From the human T2T-CHM13v2.0 reference genome, Homo sapiens: a stretch of DNA of 64,000 bases. A program made the position numbers and the translations under genes. Where the stretch lies: NCBI RefSeq assembly GCF_009914755.1, contig NC_060927.1; one strand, 5' to 3'. The notes beneath the pieces were generated by a model. It was not told where the DNA came from. It saw only the letters and a list, made by a program, of their open reading frames with translations, and searched no databases. Below, piece after piece: positions 56,611-64,000 of this stretch; the first letter of the stretch is position 1, and each line of letters opens with the position of its first letter.

Positions 56611-58317
56611 AACTATAAGTTATGATATCTTACTAAACACCATGACTTAATAATGACTTCGTATCTCAATCTATAATATCGTAACAAGATTAATAACTGC
56701 TAACCTGTAAAATGAAAATTTCAAGGTATTATATAGTGATAAATGTAAATTACAAGAAAGACATTCAAATGTGTAAATATGCCTCATGCAGCTTGTATTT
56801 GTAGAATTCTTTCTTATTCAAAGAGATTTGAAAATTATGGAGAGAATGAGGTCATTCAATGTATATAGCACCCAAAAACTAAATGCAATGTGAGTAATTG
56901 AAATATAAAATTTATAATGTTTATCTTTGTACCATGAAGTATTATTCAATACTCAAAAATAGTATGTTTCAAATAACCTAGAATATTTTTAGATTTTTAT
57001 TAATAACAGTTTTAAAGAAATGCATATAACAAGAACTAGACAGCTGAATGAAAGATTGAAATGGACTGTACAACTGCCTGTAAAGGTCTTATTTTTTCCT
57101 AGCCAAAGGGGGGAAAATGTAAAAGGTGGAATAGGCCTGAGAGAACTTTAACTTGCGTGACCAATATTCAGTGACCTTGGCTGTTTTATAGGAGATCACA
57201 TTTTATTTTTGTACAGATAAACTGCTGAACAGTATCTGCAATGCACTGAAAGAAAAAACCTTTTTCTGCATTTATCATGTTACTATAACCCTCCTTCCAC
57301 CCCCTGCTCACTGAGATGTTCATTTCTTTTTGCAACTTAGAGCAGGACAGAAGTTCTATGAAAAAAATTCACCATATACTTCTAACCATGAGTCAAAGTT
57401 TTAATACAAAAAAACTTCCCTAGCTGGAAATCTTAACCCGCTTTTGAACCTACGGGAAAACAGCTTCATATCACTTTAATTTACACATTTTATAATCATA
57501 ATGTCATTTAAACATTTGCTTATTATACATGTATAAATGTATACTAGTTTTACACATTTCATCACTTATAAATCATTAACATATTTTATATTTAACTGTT
57601 ATGAAAATAAAAATCATCCTGAGCATTAAGCCACTTGTTAGTACTAAGACATTCCAAAACGGATTTTTTCCTTTGTTCAATGTATCACTTTTCCATATTA
57701 TTACCCTTTTAAAATCACTTTATATAGTGATTTCTACCCATGTTTTTTTGGGGGGGGTTCCAAAATTTAGTTTCCTAATAGTGAGATGTACAAACAAATG
57801 ATGTTTTGAAATAATCAATGGGATTTTTATTTAAGAGAATACAAGTTTAATAACCATCAGAAGGATCTTATTAGAAATCAAAGAGTAGAAGTAAGGGGAT
57901 TCAGTTACATTAAAGGGTGCATGGTATTCTCTGAAATACTCTAATTTTTATTAATGAAATAAGTAAAAGTAAATGACTAATTTACTTTTTTACTAATAAG
58001 TAAAACGTAAAATGACTCTTATCATTTAGATGAGAAAAAGTTTGATTCCACTTTATTTGTAGAGGTAAACACAAAAAATACCAATTCCAGGAAGTGATAA
58101 GAATAACTATATAACTGTAAAGGCGAAATATAGCTTGTGATATATTGCGGATTGAATTCCATGTTTAATCCTTGTGATAACTCTCAGAGTTAGATTAAAC
58201 TTGAGCAAAATTTATTTTCCTTCTGCATTCTTATAATGACTTTTCAGTCCTTGGCATTTCTTGAATTTTCAAATATATGAAGTCAAGGGTCCATTTTTGA
58301 AAAGTTTTTTCTTAAGA

Positions 58318-58389
58318 AGATATATGCATATATATATAATATACATATATATGTATGTATATATGCATAGTTGCATATATAGTTGCATA
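58318..58389. repeat. (TA/TG)-rich low-complexity repeat
   Basis: Directly visible. Ends with tandem atagttgcata x2. Confidence 0.8.
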
Positions 58390-58434
58390 AAAGATTGAAA
58401 TTGACTGTACAACTGCCTGCAAATGTCTTATTCA

Positions 58435-58589
58435 ACCACCGCCATGCCCGGCTAATTTTTTTTGTATTTTTAGTAGAGACAAGGTTTCACCATCTTGGCA
58501 AGGCTGGTCTTGAACTCCTGACCTTGTGATTCACCCGCCTCAGCCTCCCAAAGTGTTGGGATTACAGGCGTAAGCCACCGCACCCGGCC
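58435..58589 (-). mobile_element. AluS left arm, 3'-truncated (most of right arm and polyA missing)
   Basis: Reverse Alu from the 5' end through the A-rich linker and about 20 nt of right arm only. Confidence 0.92.
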
Positions 58590-59109
58590 CACTTATATTT
58601 TTTTGACATGACATTCTATAAAGCAAATCTTACTAATGGTATTCATAATTCTATGAAGATTGATAAAAGGCTGGGCTTTTGTTTGTTTATTCCTGCTAAT
58701 TACTCACCAGTATTTTCCTGATCTTTTATTCAAGCTTATTTCTTTATGTTGGGGTCTGCCAATCTTATAATGTTCAAACCTGTTGTATGAAATGGAAATG
58801 ATTTGCCTTCCTACTCGGAAAAAACTTTATATTATTTTAATATAGACTTCTTTAATAATACATGATTTTTCCTGCCATAATTTTTACTTCTGGTACCTTC
58901 AGTAGCATCCTGTGAAAAGTTTGACCTAATACATATCCATTTCTCTGTCTAGCATAAGAATGACAGAGGCAAAGAAGAAATGAGAGATGAGATGAATGAT
59001 GACTCATTTTTCAATATCTTAGAATAAAAAGACTGTTGGCTTCTCGAGTTTAAATTGCCATTTCCAACTCACATTGAACTATTATAGCTTACAAACTTGT
59101 CGTTTCAAT

Positions 59110-59370
59110 GAAATTAACATTTATTGAACATTTCCTAAGTGCCTAGTCACTAGGCTGTGAGGGACAGTAAGATGAATCATGTGGCTGTAGTGCTTCAGAA
59201 TTTTGTGAACAAGTGGTGGAGACACTAAAATATGAATATTTTTATTCAAAAATACAGAACACAGTGATAATAGAAACACAAAATTTTATGAGTGTTAAAT
59301 GTGGAGAACTTGATTTTCTCTGGAATCATTCTCAGAAGGCTTCGTGAAGAGGGTGAGTTTGAAACTGCCC
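59110..59370 (-). mobile_element. L2 fragment
   Basis: acattttattgaacatttcctaagtgcctag..aagatgaatca..agaaggcttcgtgaagagggtgagtttgaa. Confidence 0.65.
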
Positions 59371-59686
59371 CATGTTCTTCACCCTGCATACAATATTACG
59401 TCCATTTTCAAATTAAAAAGTCCCAATCACAGCAATGGTAATTTGTTCTTTGATGTATTCCAGAGGCAAGCATGACCCTTCCATGAGGGACGTGGTATGG
59501 AAGTGCTGATTCCTAGCGAAGATGATTATTGGCTAAGTCCACCAAAGTGTTCCCTCTGGGATTTAGGCCAGATAATATGGAGGTAACATAATTGCCAGTA
59601 ATGAGATAAATTTGAGAGGAACATTTATTTAGAAACAAAAATGCAAATAGAATACTACTAAATGCAATAGGGGAAAACCACTTCTC

Positions 59687-60770
59687 AAAACTGACAAAAC
59701 AAGCAATGGAAAAATAACTCCCTATTCAATAAATGGTGCTGGGACAACTGGCTAGCTGTATGAAGAAGGTTGACACTGGAACCCTTCCTTACACAATATA
59801 CAAAAATCAACTCAAGGTGAATTAAAAACTTAAATGTAAAACCAAAACACTAAAAACCCTGGAAGACAACCTAGGATATACCATTCTGGACATAGGAACT
59901 TACAAAGATTTCATGACAGAGATGCTAAAAGCAAAATTTGACAAATGGGACCTAATTTAACTAAAGAGTTTCTGCACAGCAAAATGAATTATCAACAAAG
60001 TAAACAGACAGCCTACAGAATGAGAGAAAGTATTTGCAAACTATATGTCTGACAAAAGCCTAATAATGCAAATCTATAAGGAGCTTATATAAGTTAACAA
60101 GCAAGAAAAAAACAACTCCTTTAATAAGTGGGCAAATGACATGAACAGACACTTTTCAAAAGAAGACATACATGTGGCCAAGAGGCATGTGAAAAAAATG
60201 CTCAACATCACTAATAATTAGAGAAATGAAAATCAAAACCACAATGAGATATCATACCATTCTACCCAGCAATCCTATTTCTGGATATATACCCAAAGGA
60301 ATATAAATAATTCTATTAGAAAGACAAATGTATGCATATGTTCATTGCAGCACTATTTACAGTAGCAAAGACACAGAATCAACCTAAATGACCATCAATG
60401 GTAGAGTGGATAAAGGAAACGTGGTACATATACACATATGCTTTGCAGGAGTATGGGTGGAGCTGGAGACCATTATTCTTAGCAAACTAACATAAGAACC
60501 GAAAACCAAAAACTGAATGTTCTCACTTGTAAGTGGGAGCTAACTAACGAAAACCAATGGCCACAAAGAGAGAAACAACAGACACTGGGGCTTACTTGAG
60601 GGAGAGGGTTGGAAGAAGTAACTCTCCAGTAATATGCTTAGTACCTGGGTGACAAAATAATCTGTACACCAAACCCTCGTGACACAAGTTTACCTATATA
60701 ACATACCTGCACAGGTACCCCGAGCCTAAAATAAAAGTTTAAAAGGAAAATAAACTGAGAGAAAAAAAAA
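59687..60770 (+). mobile_element. L1PA15/16-like 3' end with internal deletions
   Basis: ccctattcaataaatggtgctggg ... aatctgtacaccaaaccctcgtgacacaagtttacctatataac ... cctaaaataaaagtt. Confidence 0.92.
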
Positions 60771-60979
60771 GTCTTTCAGAAGAGCATGGTCAGCCAACAC
60801 ATGAAGACCAATATGCTTAGAAAATGAGATCATGGTAAAATTATATGATGGAAAAATGGAATTGTGGTTTGTGTCCATATTTTGAAAGTATTTGAGGCAA
60901 TTTATTTTTCATGCAATAGAGAATCACTTTTAAATATTTATTTAAAACTTGTGGAACAATAAAAGTCGAAATACAGAAA

Positions 60980-61097
60980 GCCTATATTGCGATGTGCCTG
61001 GGACAGTCCAACTTTATCCGAATGGTTGTGATATTATTAATAGTAACTTCTTTTATCCTCAAAAGTGGTCTAGTCTGAGGATTATTTTTCAGTCGAA
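60980..61097. mobile_element. MER94-like (hAT-Blackjack) MITE
   Basis: tgcctgggacagtcc..attattaatagtaac..cttttatcctcaaaagtg resembles MER94. Confidence 0.55.
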
Positions 61098-61620
61098 TAG
61101 CCTCTAGGAGACTATTTATGATTTCTTTACATTTACCTGTAGATCATTCCTTTAGGTTCCTATAGATAGTCCTCTATATAACACCATGCAAGTTGGGATC
61201 AATATGAATAGACAAGTTTCTAAATTTCTTGCTGTTAGCTAGAGTCCTACTACTTTGATGAACTTACTGAAAATGCTTAATTTCAAAGCACAAACTGGCT
61301 CCTAGGCAGTTTCTCAGTACAACAATTAGTCAAATTTGGACAATAAATAGCCTTATTAGTCACTCCTTTAAGCATCTGCAATACAAATATCTATTTGCAG
61401 AATAGATTTTTTTTTCTGCTCCTAACACATTTGTAGCTGATAAAAAGGAGAGCTGTATTTTTTGTTAACAATTAGCATTTGCTGCCTTTATATAAATACA
61501 CTGAGTGTTGGTGGCCTGAAGCTGAATGGCAATAGTCTTTAATATCATATGGCTTACAAATAATGTAGTAAATAGTCTCTTCTCTCATCATGCAACTCCC
61601 TGGTGTGGTCAGAGGCATTA

Positions 61621-61635
61621 TTTTGTTATGCAAAT
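61621..61635 (+). promoter_or_regulatory. SOX-OCT composite motif
   Basis: TTTTGTTATGCAAAT is 14/15 to the SOX2-POU5F1 consensus CTTTGTTATGCAAAT and lies in non-repeat sequence. Function untested. Confidence 0.45.
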
Positions 61636-62059
61636 GCCCTATTTAAAGATAACATGTATACAAAGAAAAGTAATAGAAGGTCATTTCTAAGACTGGACAG
61701 ATGGATGAAAAATTCCACAGAGTGCTTTGCCAAGCACCTGGCATTATTTGAATGACAGCTGATGATTAGAATCACAAAGAAGAATTTGTATTATCACAGG
61801 TGACAGTGTGACTAATTGAAGAGGTTGCTTATTACAGAAATGGTCAGTTTCCGTTCAATTACATTCAGGATCCAAGGGCTGCAGAAAATGAATACACAGC
61901 ACACAGTGTTTTCTTGGGGGAATTAAATGAAGGTAGGAGGAAGAGGGGAGGAAGTCTTGCTGAGGGTGTAACGACTCACAGCGGGCTTGAGATATGTGCT
62001 GCTGAGAAGATGCTCACAGCGCAGTTTTAAAGTTGCAGAGGAAATAAGAGATAACATAC

Positions 62060-62350
62060 CTTAAAGAGATTTTTATGTCATTCTGTAACTGCACTCGACT
62101 ACGGCTTCTTTTGGAAGCACACAAAAAAATCCGATGGATTTGGGCCTCATTATGATATGTATCACTGTTTTCTAGATAATAATATGCTACAAGGCATCTT
62201 GGTGAATATTTTAAGCACACAACAATGCAGACTGTAAATATCTGTGCCTCAATTAGAATATTCAGAGATTTCACATCTTTCAAAGGGGCTTAGCCAAAGG
62301 CTTCCCCAAGCTGCACACACTGCTGCTTTGCCTCTCCTTTATGCTTTATT
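62060..62350 (-). other. Candidate non-coding first or 5'UTR exon (start uncertain)
   Basis: Strong minus-strand donor AAG|GTATGT at 62060/62059 in unique sequence with locally retained CpGs. Confidence 0.3.
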
Positions 62351-63115
62351 GAATCTGTTAGAAGAGAAACACATCTCTTAGTCATCAGACTTCTTGCTGA
62401 CAACACCTGTCAGTCTGTCACTCTACTTCAGAGATAGCTACTACACGGCATCATTTGACAGAATTAGGAAGAAAATGGGAAAAAATCTATCTGAGATAAT
62501 TATTCTCACAAAAGGAATGCTACAACTATTAGTTTTTGAAACTACATTCAAGGAAATACCTGGAAAGTGAAGATTAGAATGATTTTATCAAAAACATGTA
62601 TCAGCGATGTTAGAAATCATGATGGATTTTCATATATCATCGAGAAACTTGAAAAAAACTCAGATGTCTTGTATCAAAAACTGAACATATATATCCTTTT
62701 CCAAAATTTATTTCTACTGAAAGGGAAATATTCTCACTCAAATTTTTGTGAAGCTAAAATATTAAATATTTCAGTGTGCAAACAAGTTTTAGAAAAGTAA
62801 TTGACTTCAGAAAAGCTTTGAGAATTAAACTTCTATAGCAATTTAAAAAGCTTACTAAGTGATAGATATTTCCAAGACTAATGATTTTTAGAGTCTTTTT
62901 TTACAGAGTCTCTTATTGGTTCTTTTTATTAATTTATCTTTTATTTATTCAATACATTATAATATCTAACTTATAACATATTTTACAGTATTATCTATAA
63001 ATAAGAGACAAATTACTTTAAAAAGCATGAAGTTATGTTTTTTCTTCACTGTCTTTGCAATTACTTTCTTTAAAATCAAACTATCACATAATCAGACAGC
63101 TTTAATGCCAAGAAG

Positions 63116-63143
63116 CACACACACACACACACACACACACACA
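63116..63143. repeat. (CA)14 microsatellite
   Basis: Directly visible. Confidence 0.98.
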
Positions 63144-64000
63144 ACACTACACTATATTCCTACAATCATTGATATTTTAAACTGTTGTGTTCGTCTTGTT
63201 GTTTTTCTTTGTTTTGTTGGTATAGATGCTTTACTTTTTATGAAACTATTTTAGGTAAGTAGAAAAAATTAATCAGGAAACTTTAATTTTGCCACTCTAA
63301 GTCACAGAGTAATTGAGGAATGAGTACATTGGGATTTCTTTCTTCAAAATTGTGACAATGTTTTTGTTGTTGTTGTTTCTTTGTCTCATTTTTCTAAAGG
63401 ATGAAAAGGTCACCTGGAACCTCCAGAGGGAAAAACATATAAATTAATGAAAATTTAGTTAATACAATGTGTGAAATGTGTTTTTTTCTTAATGACCACA
63501 ACAGAGACTTTCTTGGGAAACTATTCCTATTAGCTATGGTTTTACTATTTATTATAAATATATTTATTTCAAATTGGATGAAATATTTCTGTTTGGTATG
63601 GAGGCATCCTATAAAAGTAATACCAATAATTTTTATTATTTCCAACAGCAGAAAATAATGCCTATGGTATATATCACAAGATTTGATATCTTCTCGAATT
63701 AAGTATTGATGTCTTTTTTAACCACAAGTGACTAATTTTGTATATTTATATAATAATTTTTTTTACAATTTAGTAAGGTGTTCCTTATTTATGTATATGT
63801 GTGCATGTATATATAAGTGGATATATATGTGGATATTTATGTATATGACTTATTTTAATCTGTGTATTTTTGTTGTTGCTAAGGAAGTTTCTACAAAAGA
63901 ATAACTATAGTAATGACAATAAATAGTTTTTAAATTCATTCAGGTCATGAGACTTCTTACTGTGCTATATGTTATAACTCCTTTGTTAAAACAGTATTTG

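Noticed and set aside
62014-62283. 89-aa minus-strand ORF as a coding first exon
   Set aside because: It starts at TTG with no in-frame ATG and has no recognisable protein similarity. Kept only as a non-coding exon candidate.

Overview
AT-rich, CpG-poor primate genomic DNA, most likely human or another ape (AluS/AluJ, L1PA3-L1PA16, THE1C, MER11). It reads as a gene desert or the inside of a very long intron. I find no intact protein-coding gene, RNA gene, CRISPR array or prokaryotic system, and nearly all track ORFs are repeat-derived or noise. Repeat family names come from my recall of consensus sequences, not from a database search. The most informative object is a two-LTR, internally deleted MER66/ERV-V-family provirus (22761-27318). 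It has a Lys-type PBS, a leader splice donor, a gag-MA remnant fused to the integrase C-terminus, and a decayed env resembling placental EnvV1/EnvV2. Other elements are a MER11 solo LTR, a twin-primed L1PA4/5 inserted into the polyA signal of a MER4A1 LTR, a Tigger1 carrying two Alus, and many MIR/L2/MLT relics. Several small template-switch scars (fold-backs and a 43-bp templated insertion) are visible. There are also unverified splice-site-defined exon and microexon candidates and a promoter/enhancer-like unique segment at about 61.4-62.5 kb. None of this establishes a new biological system.
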